Positions 1 to 10,524 of a DNA stretch of 64,000 nucleotides are shown one piece after another; the stretch's first letter is position 1, and each line of letters starts with the position of its first letter. Position numbers and translations under genes: made by a program. The notes beneath the pieces were generated by a model. That model did no database searches and was not told the origin of the DNA. It saw only the letters and a program-made list of their open reading frames with translations. Origin of the DNA: an uncultured Chlorobiota bacterium (GTDB lineage: Bacteria > Bacteroidota > Ignavibacteria > UBA10030 > UBA6906); contig CAADGV010000010.1 in NCBI GenBank assembly GCA_900696645.1, positions 9,771 to 73,770 on the forward strand, written 5' to 3'.

Positions 1-38
1 AAACAGTGGTGACACAAGGATAGTTTCAGGAAAACAGA

Positions 39-1718
39 ATGTCGAAAATTACCATTGACGGAAAAGTATTAGAAGTAGACCCCAAGCGAACCATCATCGA
101 AGCCGCTCGCGAAAACGGCATCGAGATTCCGCATTTCTGCTGGCATCCGAAGCTGTCGGTGTCGGGCAATTGCCGCATGTGCTTGGTGGAAGTAGAGAAA
201 ATGCCGAAGCTCGCGATTGCATGCGCAACGCAAGTCATGGACGGCATGGTCGTTCACACAGCAAATCCGAAAGTCGTGAACGCACGTGAAGCGGTGATGG
301 AATTTCTTCTCATCAACCATCCGCTGGATTGCCCGATTTGCGACGAAGCGGGCGAATGCAAGCTGCAGGATTACGCGTACAAATACAGCGAAGGGGCCAG
401 CCGCTTTGATGAAAGCAAAGTTCACAAGCCGAAGCGGGTCGAGCTCGGCCCGCACGTCATGCTCGATACCGAGCGTTGCATCATGTGTTCGCGTTGCATT
501 CGTTTTTGCGAGGAGATTGCAAAGAAGCCGCAACTGACCTTCACCCAGCGCGGCACGCACGTTGAGTTGACGACGTTCCCCGGCGAACAGCTCGACAATC
601 CCTACTCAATGAACACGATCGACATCTGCCCGGTTGGCGCGTTGACGTCACGCGATTTCCGCTTCAAAGCGCGTGTATGGGAAATGTCGGCAACCGAAAC
701 AATCTGCCCCGGATGCTCACGCGGCTGCAACATGTACTCGTGGGTTCGCAACAACGAGATTCTGCGTCAAACCCCCAGATACAATCCTGAAGTGAATGAC
801 TATTGGATGTGCGACAAGGGGAGATTGGAGTCCTTCCAACATGTGAACGTTGCCAATCGCATCAAACATCCGATGATGAAGAAAGACGGAGGGTTGGTTG
901 AAGTCGGTTGGGATGAAGCCATCGCCAAAGCAGCATCGGAACTGAAAACATTCAAGAAATCCGAGATCGCCGTCATCGGCTCTGCGTATGACACGAACGA
1001 AGACAACTATCTCCTTCAAAAATTTGCATCCGAAGTTCTCGGCACGAAGCACATTGCTTTTGTCCGTCATGTTGTTGAGGGAGATGAAGACGCTATTCTT
1101 GTCAAGGCGGACAAAACACCGAACTCTCTCGGCGCCGAACGCGTTGGCGTTCGCTCACGGGAAGGCGGATTGGACTACGCCGGAATTCTCAAAGCGATCA
1201 AGGAAGGAAGTATCAAGGCGGTATTCGTTGTTGATGACAATATTGCGGTTGATTCAGCCGTTGCGGATGCATTGAGCCGGCTTGAATTCCTTGTTGTGAA
1301 TTTCTCGTTCGAGAATGAGACGACGCGTCTTGCAGATATTCTCTTCCCCACATCCACCTTTGCGGAAAAGAACGGCACGTTCACAAACTTTGAGGGACGA
1401 GTGCAACGGATTCGCCCGTCCGTCTCAACCCTGGATCAGGACAGGTCGCTCGACGGCTTTGCCATGAGCCGACTTGACAAGTTCGGCTCGCAGTTCGACC
1501 GTTGGGCAAAAGGCGCGAAGCGCGATGCCCGCCCGACGTGGAAGATTATTGCCGGCATTGCATCGCTGATGGGGGCGAAGTACAAGTACAACACCGCGGA
1601 AGATGTGTTCAACGAGATCGTCGCGCACGTTGATGGTTTCAAAGGGATGAGTTACAGAAAGATTGGAACCATGGGGATGATGCTGAGGCAGAAGGAAACA
1701 GTTGCAGTTAAAGCATAA
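39..1718 (+). CDS. nuoG: NADH-quinone oxidoreductase subunit G (short form)
   Basis: 559-aa ORF. The N-terminus ITIDGK..IPHFCWHP..GNCRMCLVEV and the HPLDCPICDEAGECKLQ / CIMCSRCIRFC cysteine clusters are typical of NuoG. It is followed by nuoH and nuoI. Confidence 0.9.
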   Translation: MSKITIDGKVLEVDPKRTIIEAARENGIEIPHFCWHPKLSVSGNCRMCLVEVEKMPKLAIACATQVMDGMVVHTANPKVVNAREAVMEFLLINHPLDCPICDEAGECKLQDYAYKYSEGASRFDESKVHKPKRVELGPHVMLDTERCIMCSRCIRFCEEIAKKPQLTFTQRGTHVELTTFPGEQLDNPYSMNTIDICPVGALTSRDFRFKARVWEMSATETICPGCSRGCNMYSWVRNNEILRQTPRYNPEVNDYWMCDKGRLESFQHVNVANRIKHPMMKKDGGLVEVGWDEAIAKAASELKTFKKSEIAVIGSAYDTNEDNYLLQKFASEVLGTKHIAFVRHVVEGDEDAILVKADKTPNSLGAERVGVRSREGGLDYAGILKAIKEGSIKAVFVVDDNIAVDSAVADALSRLEFLVVNFSFENETTRLADILFPTSTFAEKNGTFTNFEGRVQRIRPSVSTLDQDRSLDGFAMSRLDKFGSQFDRWAKGAKRDARPTWKIIAGIASLMGAKYKYNTAEDVFNEIVAHVDGFKGMSYRKIGTMGMMLRQKETVAVKA

Positions 1719-1727
1719 GAGCCGAAC

Positions 1728-2759
1728 ATGGAATTCGTCATCATTTCAGTTATCAAGATTGTGGTCGTGTTGTTCATCGGCGTACTGCCGCTGGTTGCGA
1801 ATCTCGTGTACGCCGAGAGGAAAATCAGTGCAGCCATTCAGAACCGAATCGGCCCGAACCGGGTCGGCCCGTGGGGGTTGTTCCAATCCCCGGCGGATGT
1901 TTTGAAACTTTTTATCAAGGAAGATATCGTTCCCGCGACGGCACACAAGTTCGTGCATACGCTGGCTCCCGTTATCTCCATTTCTGTTGCCCTTGTGACA
2001 ATAGCTGTTGTACCGTTCGGCGACACGATCGAGTTGTTCGGTTACCGGATCAAGTTGATGATTGCCGATGTCAATATCGGTATTCTCTACATTCTCGCTC
2101 TCACATCGCTCGGCGTGTACGGATTGACGCTGAGCGGCTGGTCATCGAACAACAAGTACTCGCTGCTCGGCGGACTTCGTTCGTCCGCCCAACTCATCAG
2201 TTACGAATTATCGCTCGGCCTTTCCATTATCGGCGTGATTATGATTGCCGGAACTCTCGAACTTGACCGGATTGTTGAGTTACAAGAAGGTTGGAGGTGG
2301 AATATCTTTCTGACGCCAATCGGGTTCATCACATTTCTCGTCGCATCATTCGCGGAAACGAACCGTCTGCCGTTCGATTTGCCCGAGGCGGAACCGGAGC
2401 TTGTCGGCGGATATCATACGGAATACAGCGGCATGAAATTCGGCGCATTCTTCCTTGCCGAGTACGCCAACATGATCACGTCGAGCGCGTTGATCGTGAC
2501 GCTGTTTCTCGGCGGCTGGCAATTGCCCGGCGTTCACTCGCTCGGATTTTCGCCGCTGTGGGTGAGCATTCTGCAAATCCTCACGTTCATGGTGAAGGTT
2601 GCATTCATGCTCTTCTTCTACATGTGGATCCGGTGGACGATTCCCCGTTTTCGCTACGACCAGTTGATGAATTTGGGGTGGAAGGTGATGTTACCGCTGG
2701 CGTTGCTGAATTTGTTCCTCACCGGCGCGCTGCATTTTATTGCGCCGGGAATTTGGTGA
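1728..2759 (+). CDS. nuoH: NADH-quinone oxidoreductase subunit H
   Basis: 343-aa polytopic membrane ORF. AERKISAAIQNRIGPNRVGPWGL and ETNRLPFDLPEAEPELVGGYHTEYSG are NuoH/ND1 signatures. Confidence 0.92.
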   Translation: MEFVIISVIKIVVVLFIGVLPLVANLVYAERKISAAIQNRIGPNRVGPWGLFQSPADVLKLFIKEDIVPATAHKFVHTLAPVISISVALVTIAVVPFGDTIELFGYRIKLMIADVNIGILYILALTSLGVYGLTLSGWSSNNKYSLLGGLRSSAQLISYELSLGLSIIGVIMIAGTLELDRIVELQEGWRWNIFLTPIGFITFLVASFAETNRLPFDLPEAEPELVGGYHTEYSGMKFGAFFLAEYANMITSSALIVTLFLGGWQLPGVHSLGFSPLWVSILQILTFMVKVAFMLFFYMWIRWTIPRFRYDQLMNLGWKVMLPLALLNLFLTGALHFIAPGIW

Positions 2760-2771
2760 TCGCAGAATTTG

Positions 2772-2875
2772 GGTGTTGTAACCACAGAGATCGCGGAGAT
2801 CACAGAGAGTTTAGAGATGTCTCAAGAAGACTCTGCGCGTCTTAGGGAACGTAAGGTACTTTGTGGTGTTGGTTA
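2772..2875. repeat. Structured spacer element between nuoH and nuoI with a tandem CACAGAG(A) motif and imperfect terminal inverted repeats
   Basis: CACAGAGA occurs at 2784-2791 and 2801-2808 and GAGATC occurs twice. CCACAGAG (2782-2789) can pair with CTTTGTGG (2859-2866). There are internal small hairpins (AAGAC..GTCTT). No coding potential is apparent. Confidence 0.35.
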
Positions 2876-2916
2876 GACTAAGAAGTTTAGCTCATTGAAG
2901 AGTTGCAGGAGAAGCG

Positions 2917-3438
2917 ATGTCAATAGAAGTCCAGAAGACTGTAAAAGAAGCGCAACAAGTTCGCAGGAAGGATCTTTCCTTCATGCAGAAGACTTACATT
3001 CCCGAAATCGTAAAGGGGATGGCAGTGACGTTCAAGTCGATGCTTGCGCCGAAATTCACGCGGCAATATCCCGAAGAACGCTTCAATCCGCAACCTTCGT
3101 ATCGGGGACGCCCGGTATTGGTCGAGGATAAGGGGCATGAACGCTGCGTCGCCTGCGGCTTGTGTGCCCGTGTATGCCCCGCACTCGCTATCGAAGTCCA
3201 AGCCTCGGAAACCGAGTTGGAAAAAGAACGTTACCCCGAACGTTTCGAAATCAACATGCTGCGCTGCATCTTCTGCGGCTTCTGTGAAGAAGCGTGTCCC
3301 GAAGAAGCCATCGTGATGAGCGACGAGTATGAACTCGTCTTCCAGCATCCCGAAGATGCCATCTACGGCAAAGACAAGCTGTTGATGTCGAAAGAACGTC
3401 TGCAAACCCGGCTTGATTTTCTGAAGAAGGCTCGCTGA
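2917..3438 (+). CDS. nuoI: NADH-quinone oxidoreductase subunit I (2x[4Fe-4S] ferredoxin)
   Basis: 173-aa ORF with two CxxCxxCxxxCP motifs ([24 protein letters not shown]). Its position after nuoH fits the call. Confidence 0.9.
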   Translation: MSIEVQKTVKEAQQVRRKDLSFMQKTYIPEIVKGMAVTFKSMLAPKFTRQYPEERFNPQPSYRGRPVLVEDKGHERCVACGLCARVCPALAIEVQASETELEKERYPERFEINMLRCIFCGFCEEACPEEAIVMSDEYELVFQHPEDAIYGKDKLLMSKERLQTRLDFLKKAR

Positions 3439-3491
3439 TTCCCGATTGGCCGGGCACAGGCTCCATTCTTCAATACCATCAGGATCAATCG

Positions 3492-5885
3492 ATGAAACAG
3501 GTTCTTCTGCTTCTCGTATGCGTTGTTCACGCAGCGTCATCTTTCCCTTCCGGCAAAGACAAGTATTCCTCATACTCCAAAGTTAGAATTCTCGCCACAA
3601 CTCCTGCCGATCTTGAATTGATTCAACGCCAAGGAGTCGATCTCGACCATTACACCGGAAGATTGGGAGAAGGAATCGAGGTTGTCATCAATCAAGATGC
3701 GATTGAAACGTTGCAGAGAATTGCGATGCCGTACGATGTACTCATTACTGATATGGATGTGTACTACGAGAGTCGTGCAAAAAGCGTTGTGCCGGACCTT
3801 GATGAAAGCAGGAACATTCTCCGGCAAAACGGCATCAGCGGATTTCGTTACGGTTCGATGGGAGGATTTCTGACCTACGCTGAGATGGTTCTTCAGCTCG
3901 ACACCATGCGGATGCTGTACCCCAATCTCATTACAGCAAAAGAATCTCTCGGCGTTACCGAACAGGGAAGAACCATTTGGGGAGTGGAGATTTCGGACAA
4001 TCCGGGAGTGCCGGAACCCGGGGAAGCTGTTGTGCATTACGACGCGTTGCATCATGCACGCGAGCCGCAGGCGATGGCGACGATCATGTACTACATGTAT
4101 TGGCTTCTCGACAACTACGGAACCGATGCTGAGGCAACGTATCTCGTGAATAACAGGCGAATGTGTTTCGTTCCTGTGGTCAATCCAGACGGCTACTTCT
4201 ACAATCAATCAACAAACCCGAACGGCGGAGGCAACTGGCGGAAGAATCGCCGCAACAACGGAAGCAGCTACGGCGTTGACCTGAACCGCAACTACAACTA
4301 TCAATGGGGTTACGATAATACAGGCTCAAGCCCGACTCCCTCTTCCGATACGTATCGCGGCCCTTCGCCGCTTTCCGAGCCTGAAGCAATGGCAATCCGG
4401 AACTATACAATGAGCAAGCAGCCGTCGGTTGCCATGTCCGCACACTCGGTTGCAGGCCGCTATCTCAATCCCTACAGCTTCAAAGACACCGTCGTGGCGT
4501 ACGAGTACTATGCCCAGTTTGCAAGCGACTTCACGGCGTACAACAACTATTTGTACGGAACGGTGTTTCAGATGCTCGCCTATAATTCCAACGGCACAAC
4601 TCGGGATTACATGCATCACGATCTCGGTTGTTATGCCTGGACTCCCGAAATGGGGGGCAGCGGTTTCTGGCCTCTGCAATCGGAGATTGTGCCGATAGCG
4701 CAGGAGAATCTTCTTGCCTGCAAATACACGTCGTGGATTGCAGGAGGCTTTGCGGATTTCCAATCATTTCAATTTGTCGGTCGTGAGTTCGCAATTCGAG
4801 GCGATACACTCCGCCTTGCCGTGACTGTCAGAAACAAGGGAGTATCGCTTGCTGCTGAAAATGTTGCTGTGAATGTTCAGTCGCTATACCCTCATGCACT
4901 CCCGATACACACGACTGCATCGTATCCCTCCATACCTTCAGGCGGGTACTCGACGAACTCCATCCCCTTTACGTTTCTGATAAGCGCTTCAGCCGCCACG
5001 ATGGATGAGATGAAATTCGTTGCGGTCACTTCACAGGACGGAATTGAAACATCACGGGATACGTTCTCCGTGATAGTCGGCCATCCTATTGTTTTATTTT
5101 CGGAAGATTGTGAAAGCGGCCTATCAAATTGGACGCGAAGCGGTAACGGCGTTCAATGGGATACGACGTTCGTGATGGCGTACAGGGGGAGTCGTTCCAT
5201 TACCGACAGCCGCTACGGAAACGTTGCAAACAGCACGAATAATTCTCTGACCCTTAACCTTCCTGTCAACCTTGCTGATGCCGCCAATCCACGACTCGAA
5301 CTCTACGCACGATGGGCAAACGAGGCCCAATTCGACTATGTCCGGTTGCAGATCAGTACCAACAACGGATCTTCATGGATCAATCTCGCGGGCAGACACA
5401 CAACGCTGATAGGCGGACAGCCTTCATACTCAGCAAACAAGGGAACATGGGCGTGGGAGAGCATCAGCTTGCAACAGTATATCGGCCAGCAGGTGAAGGT
5501 CAGGTTCAATCTTGTGACCGACGCAGGCTTACGCGGTGACGGGTTCTACTTCGACAATTTGCGAATTGTTGACTACCGTGACAGTTCCGTAACATCCGTG
5601 GAGCATAGGCCTCTTAAGCCGACATCATATTTCCTCGGACAGAACTATCCCAATCCGTTCAATCCCAAAACAACCATCAACTATCAACTGCCAACAACCA
5701 GCCACGTAACGCTCAAAGTGTTCGATCTTCTCGGCAGGGAAGTGGCAACTTTGGTTGACGAGCCGACGGAAGCGGGAGAACACGCCGTTCAGTTTGATGG
5801 CAGGGAGCTTTCCAGTGGTGTATACTTTTACAGAATGCAAGCGGGCGCTTTCACTCAAACGCGCACCCTTGTTTTGGCGAAATGA
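3492..5885 (+). CDS. Secreted M14-family zinc carboxypeptidase with a jelly-roll/MAM-like domain and a T9SS C-terminal sorting domain
   Basis: Signal peptide MKQVLLLLVCVVHAASS. Zinc motif HHAREPQ (HxxE). The C-terminal NYPNPFNPKTTINYQL..GVYFYRMQAG tail is typical of Por_Secre_tail. Confidence 0.85.
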   Translation: MKQVLLLLVCVVHAASSFPSGKDKYSSYSKVRILATTPADLELIQRQGVDLDHYTGRLGEGIEVVINQDAIETLQRIAMPYDVLITDMDVYYESRAKSVVPDLDESRNILRQNGISGFRYGSMGGFLTYAEMVLQLDTMRMLYPNLITAKESLGVTEQGRTIWGVEISDNPGVPEPGEAVVHYDALHHAREPQAMATIMYYMYWLLDNYGTDAEATYLVNNRRMCFVPVVNPDGYFYNQSTNPNGGGNWRKNRRNNGSSYGVDLNRNYNYQWGYDNTGSSPTPSSDTYRGPSPLSEPEAMAIRNYTMSKQPSVAMSAHSVAGRYLNPYSFKDTVVAYEYYAQFASDFTAYNNYLYGTVFQMLAYNSNGTTRDYMHHDLGCYAWTPEMGGSGFWPLQSEIVPIAQENLLACKYTSWIAGGFADFQSFQFVGREFAIRGDTLRLAVTVRNKGVSLAAENVAVNVQSLYPHALPIHTTASYPSIPSGGYSTNSIPFTFLISASAATMDEMKFVAVTSQDGIETSRDTFSVIVGHPIVLFSEDCESGLSNWTRSGNGVQWDTTFVMAYRGSRSITDSRYGNVANSTNNSLTLNLPVNLADAANPRLELYARWANEAQFDYVRLQISTNNGSSWINLAGRHTTLIGGQPSYSANKGTWAWESISLQQYIGQQVKVRFNLVTDAGLRGDGFYFDNLRIVDYRDSSVTSVEHRPLKPTSYFLGQNYPNPFNPKTTINYQLPTTSHVTLKVFDLLGREVATLVDEPTEAGEHAVQFDGRELSSGVYFYRMQAGAFTQTRTLVLAK

Positions 5886-5924
5886 TTCGCGGATGTTTTG
5901 CGGATCAGATGATTTCTCACCCGA

Positions 5925-7367
5925 TTGGCTAGATTTTGCCCTTTTGGAAATCACCCCTCTTTTTGGTTAATTACTGCCGGTCTCTATCACATCCCCAAAA
6001 TCCCTGTAGTGGATGTACTCTGGCTTGAAATCGTCGGCATTCTCATATTGGTGTCGTTCGTAGGGTTTTTCTCTGCGAGCGAGGTGGCCGTACTTGCCAC
6101 GCGCAAAAGCCGCATGCAGGAGCTTGCCGAGGAGGGGAACCGCAAGGCCGCCGCAGTTCTCGCCTTTCAAACAAATCCCGAACAGTTTCTTGCGACAATT
6201 CACGCCGGGGTGATTTTTTCGATGACACTTGCCGCCGGTGTCGGCGGCATTATGGGATTCCAGCATCTCGTTCCGGCACTTGCGGAAAGTGAAACACGTT
6301 GGATAAGCGAGGGCGCTCACTGGATTTCGCTCGGCATTATTGCAATCTGCATTTCATTTCTCCTTGTCGTGTTCGGCGAACTTGTGCCGAAATCTCTTGC
6401 GCTCCGTTTTCCCGACCAGGTTGCCATGCGTGTTGCGCGGCCGATTCAACTGGTTGCAACGATCTTCCGCCACCCGATCCGGTTTCTCACGTGGGCAAGC
6501 AATCTTGTACTGAAGCCGTTCAAGGACAAGACGTCGTTCACCGAATCACGAATCTCCGAAGAGGAATTCAAATTGATGTTGGAAGAAGGAACGAAAACCG
6601 GCGTCATCGACAAAACCGAACATGAGTTGATCGCCAGCATCTTCGAGTTCACTGATACGTCAGCAAAAGACGTGATGATTCCGAGACCGGATGTTGTGGG
6701 TTTGAATATAGACATGGGGCGGGACGAGGCCGTGCGGAAGGTGTTGGAAGAAGGCTACTCGCGTATGCCCGTGTACAAAGACACCATCGACAACATAGTC
6801 GGCATCGTGTACACGAAAGATATTTTGGGGTTGATGGAGTACAAGAACCTCATTCTCATTCATGACATTTTGCGTCCGGCGTATTTTGTTCCCGAAACGA
6901 AAAAGATCAGCCAATTGATGCGCGAACTGCAGCAGCAGAAGTTGCACATGGCCGTCGTGATAGATGAGTTTGGCGGAACGGCGGGCATTATCACGATGGA
7001 GGATATTCTCGAAGAAATCGTCGGCGAAATTCACGATGAATACGATGAGGAAGTGAAAGATGTGGAATCGGCCACCGACGGCACGTTTGTCGTCAACGCC
7101 CGCATGTCCATTCACGATTTCAATGAACGCTTCGCAGTGGAGCTGCCGCAAACCGACGAATACGAAACCATGAGCGGGTTCCTACAGAAGCAAACCGGCC
7201 GCATTCCCGAGTTAAACGAGGTAATCCATTACGAGAATCTCGTGTTTACCATTGTGAAAAAGAGCCAGCGGAGGATTCGGTTGGTGAGAGTGAGAAAGCA
7301 GGAACAGTCGATTGATCGGGAAGCAAAAGCAGGTGCTTCATTGTCCAGTAGCATAACATCATTCTGA
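5925..7367 (+). CDS. CNNM/HlyC/CorC-family transporter (DUF21 membrane domain, CBS pair, CorC_HlyC domain)
   Basis: The TM region has FFSASEVAV and GELVPKSLA motifs, followed by a CBS-pair region and a C-terminal transporter-associated domain. The true start may be GTG at 6009. Confidence 0.85.
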   Translation: MARFCPFGNHPSFWLITAGLYHIPKIPVVDVLWLEIVGILILVSFVGFFSASEVAVLATRKSRMQELAEEGNRKAAAVLAFQTNPEQFLATIHAGVIFSMTLAAGVGGIMGFQHLVPALAESETRWISEGAHWISLGIIAICISFLLVVFGELVPKSLALRFPDQVAMRVARPIQLVATIFRHPIRFLTWASNLVLKPFKDKTSFTESRISEEEFKLMLEEGTKTGVIDKTEHELIASIFEFTDTSAKDVMIPRPDVVGLNIDMGRDEAVRKVLEEGYSRMPVYKDTIDNIVGIVYTKDILGLMEYKNLILIHDILRPAYFVPETKKISQLMRELQQQKLHMAVVIDEFGGTAGIITMEDILEEIVGEIHDEYDEEVKDVESATDGTFVVNARMSIHDFNERFAVELPQTDEYETMSGFLQKQTGRIPELNEVIHYENLVFTIVKKSQRRIRLVRVRKQEQSIDREAKAGASLSSSITSF

Positions 7368-8756
7368 ATGTCTCGACGGTTCTTCCTTCGTATTGGCATT
7401 CAAGCCAAATTCAAAGAAATCAAATCAATTCTCCGTCTGCAGGATGCGTCGTTTTCGAACGACAGAATGGCTGAAATTGGCTGGCTTGTAGGAGGCCAAA
7501 TCATAACGTTGCTGCTCGGCATTGTCTCGATCAAATTGACAACATCCATCGGTCCTGAAGAATTTGGATTCTACACGCTAACGTTGAGCATCTCGGGTCT
7601 TCTCTCGCTTGCATTCTTTGGTCCACTTGAACAAGGCTTCGTAAGGTTTTTCTTTGACTACGCTCAAGAATCCAAGCGGCGTTCAATGTTTGCCACATCG
7701 CTGTTGTGTGTATTGCGCAACAGCAGTCTTGTGTTGATTGTGCTGTGCATTATCTCCGGCGCTGTGCTGTCTGCGTACTTCCAATTTGAGTTGCTGTTTG
7801 TGGTTGCGGCGGCACTGATGATTATTGGTTCGCTGTTAAGCGCTCCGCTGAACGGAATGCTCAATGCCATGCGCTTGCGCAAGGAAGTTGCGATAATACA
7901 AGTTGCAGAACGCGTTCTTGTTATCATGTTCTTGTTCTTTTTTGTTATCAGAGCGTACCCTAATGCAACGATGGTCATGTTTGCGATTGCCGCGGGAACA
8001 TCCGTATCCCTTTTGGCAAGGCTCCTGATTTTTCGAAGGCACAGTCATCTCGGCGCGACACAGAGATTTATTGATGCGGATGAACTGCGTACAACGAAGC
8101 GTGAAATCTACAAATCTGTGTCAGTGTATAGTTTTCCATTTCTTCTGTGGGGCGCGATTAGCTGGCTGCAGAGCAACGGTGAGCGTTGGGTGATCAACGG
8201 CATGTTGACGAATGCAGATGTGGGACGCTATGGATTAGCTGCAACCCTTGTCGCGAATTCAGCAGTCCTGATGTTCAATGTCCTTACGCAATTCATCACA
8301 CCGATCATTTTCAGCAGTTTCACAAATCCGACGGACGCCCGGAACAACCGCGGCTCCGCTCTCATTCGCCTGTATGTTCTTGGAACGATTACGATATTTG
8401 CTTGTATAGCTATCGTGTTTCTGGTGTTCGGTGAATTGATCACCAAGCTTGTAAGTACAAGAGCTTTTGTCGTGGATGGGGTTTTACTTTGTCTGCTGAC
8501 TGTCGGCGCAGGATTATTTTACCTTGGACAAACAATGACGACAGTTGGCATGGTTCTCAAGAGGCCTCAAGCGTACATCACGGCAAAAATGGTTACTGCC
8601 GTGCTCTCGGTCGGCTTTTACATTGCAGGATGTTATTGGGGAGGCATTTCCGGCGTTGCGTGGGCGATTGTGCTTATCAACGCAGTCTATTTCTTCATGA
8701 TCACACTGACGAACCGTTGGTTGATGCGTCACACCTTGCCTGCTCAAGGAATATGA
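7368..8756 (+). CDS. Polysaccharide biosynthesis protein / Wzx-like flippase (MOP superfamily)
   Basis: 462-aa ORF with many predicted TM helices. It is the first gene of a glycosyltransferase cluster. An alternative start is ATG 7467. Confidence 0.75.
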   Translation: MSRRFFLRIGIQAKFKEIKSILRLQDASFSNDRMAEIGWLVGGQIITLLLGIVSIKLTTSIGPEEFGFYTLTLSISGLLSLAFFGPLEQGFVRFFFDYAQESKRRSMFATSLLCVLRNSSLVLIVLCIISGAVLSAYFQFELLFVVAAALMIIGSLLSAPLNGMLNAMRLRKEVAIIQVAERVLVIMFLFFFVIRAYPNATMVMFAIAAGTSVSLLARLLIFRRHSHLGATQRFIDADELRTTKREIYKSVSVYSFPFLLWGAISWLQSNGERWVINGMLTNADVGRYGLAATLVANSAVLMFNVLTQFITPIIFSSFTNPTDARNNRGSALIRLYVLGTITIFACIAIVFLVFGELITKLVSTRAFVVDGVLLCLLTVGAGLFYLGQTMTTVGMVLKRPQAYITAKMVTAVLSVGFYIAGCYWGGISGVAWAIVLINAVYFFMITLTNRWLMRHTLPAQGI

Positions 8757-8760
8757 ATAG

Positions 8761-9507
8761 ATGAAACGTTTTGTTCAACGGAACATTCTCGACCCGGCGC
8801 GCAAGGGGCAACTTCTTCGAACGCTTCGCTTTCTTCCCGCGGTTTATGCACAATGGAAAAAGTACGTCTCACTCTCCTCGGAGAGAGTTCGTCTTTCCGA
8901 TTGGTTTGTGCAACTAAACGATGCGACCAAGACAACACCGTTTGACCCTCACTATTTCTATCAAAGCGCGTGGCTTGCAAGAAAGATAGCGCAACATCCT
9001 CCTCGCAAGCATGTAGATGTTGCCTCTCAAATTGACATGATTGCTCCTCTTAGTGCATTCGTTGACATCGAATTCGTTGACCTGAGACCACTGGAGGCGA
9101 CACTCCCACGTCTGAAATGCGTGAAAGGCTCTATTCTCAATCTTCCGTACGCGGCTATGTCGGTTGGCAGCATCTCATCGCTTCACGTTGTGGAGCATAT
9201 AGGACTTGGACGCTATGGTGATCCACTTGATGTCGATGGGTGCAAGAAAGCATGCGCCGAAATGCAGCGGGTTCTTGCTATCGGAGGGAACTTGTATCTC
9301 TCTACACCTATCGGACAAGAACGAGTAGAGTTTAATGCGCATCGTGTTTATTCTCCTCTGACCATTGGCCGATACTTCAACGCGCTTGATCTGGTGTCGT
9401 TCTCCATTGTTGATGATGAAGGCAACTATACGGACAATGCAACAATTGCTGCGTACTCGAATCTCTCGTACGGGCTCGGTTTGTTTCATTTTACTCGTTG
9501 TGGATGA
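8761..9507 (+). CDS. DUF268-like SAM-dependent methyltransferase
   Basis: 248 aa. The motif SISSLHVVEHIGLGRYGDPLD..GG.LY.S.P and the HYFYQSAW region recall the DUF268 methyltransferases found in polysaccharide loci. Confidence 0.6.
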   Translation: MKRFVQRNILDPARKGQLLRTLRFLPAVYAQWKKYVSLSSERVRLSDWFVQLNDATKTTPFDPHYFYQSAWLARKIAQHPPRKHVDVASQIDMIAPLSAFVDIEFVDLRPLEATLPRLKCVKGSILNLPYAAMSVGSISSLHVVEHIGLGRYGDPLDVDGCKKACAEMQRVLAIGGNLYLSTPIGQERVEFNAHRVYSPLTIGRYFNALDLVSFSIVDDEGNYTDNATIAAYSNLSYGLGLFHFTRCG

Positions 9508-9510
9508 GCC

Positions 9511-10524
9511 GTGAAGATTCTGTATGTAGCAATGAAATATGATTATGGAATTCCTGAAAGAGGGTTGAGTTTCGAGCATTACAATTTTTACGAGACCTTA
9601 GTGGCAATGGGCCATGAGATTGAGTACTTCGATTTCTATTCTCACTTCCAATTACATGGTAGAGAGGCCATGACGAAGATGCTGAAGCAGAAAGTTGAGG
9701 ATTGGAAGCCCGACTTGATGTTTACATTTCTCTATGGAGATCAGTTCGATTATACAGTTCTGAAATCCATTACAGATGAACACAAAACCGTTACCTTCAA
9801 TTGGTTTGCAGATGACCATTGGCGGTTTGACGATTTTTCCGTTCACTGGGCGCCCTGCTTTCATTTTGTTTCCACTACGGATGTACACGCCATTCCGAAG
9901 TATCGCGCTTCGGGCTACCGCAACGCTCTCCTTACGCAATGGGCTGCAAATCCACGTCTGTACAAAAAGGGAACTGGCACAATGAGCTATGACGTGACGT
10001 TTGTTGGTCAATCGTATGGTGATCGTCAAAAGGTCATTCAAACACTTGTTGACAAAGGCATAGATGTCAGGACGTGGGGAACACATTGGAACGTCAAACA
10101 GTGGCACAACTACGCAAGAAAACTCCGTTTGTTGTCATCTCACCAGTTTGAGAAGCTCGTCAATTCTTCGCGGATTGATCAAGCGGATATGATCAAGATC
10201 TTCCAATCAAGCAGAATCAACCTCAACCTTTCTGTCGCCTCACAGCACCGGAAGAACCAGATCAAAGGACGAAACTTCGAAATTCCGGCTTGCGGCGGTT
10301 TCCAATTAAGCGGTTATGCTGAGTGCCTGGAAGAGTTCTTTGTTATAGACAAAGAAATTGTTTGTTATCAAAGCGCAACCGAATTGGAGGAAAAGGTTCG
10401 CTACTATCTAAGCCATGAGTCCGAGCGATTAACGATTGCGCAAGCGGGATATGACCGCGTGTTGCGTGACCATACATACGAAAAGCGGCTCTCACTACTA
10501 TTCAGCCAAATGGGGTTTTCATAA
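9511..10524 (+). CDS. CgeB-like glycosyltransferase family protein
   Basis: GTG start. The N-terminus MKILYVAMKYDYGIPERGLSFEHYNFYETL and the C-terminal GRNFEIPACGGFQL are typical of the CgeB/Glyco_trans_1_2 family. Confidence 0.6.
   Translation: MKILYVAMKYDYGIPERGLSFEHYNFYETLVAMGHEIEYFDFYSHFQLHGREAMTKMLKQKVEDWKPDLMFTFLYGDQFDYTVLKSITDEHKTVTFNWFADDHWRFDDFSVHWAPCFHFVSTTDVHAIPKYRASGYRNALLTQWAANPRLYKKGTGTMSYDVTFVGQSYGDRQKVIQTLVDKGIDVRTWGTHWNVKQWHNYARKLRLLSSHQFEKLVNSSRIDQADMIKIFQSSRINLNLSVASQHRKNQIKGRNFEIPACGGFQLSGYAECLEEFFVIDKEIVCYQSATELEEKVRYYLSHESERLTIAQAGYDRVLRDHTYEKRLSLLFSQMGFS

Noticed and set aside
2291-2845. 184-aa plus-strand ORF overlapping the nuoH 3' half and the spacer (ends ..NHRDRGDHREF..)
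   Set aside because: It is out of frame with the well-supported nuoH. Its tail is just the translation of the CACAGAG repeat.
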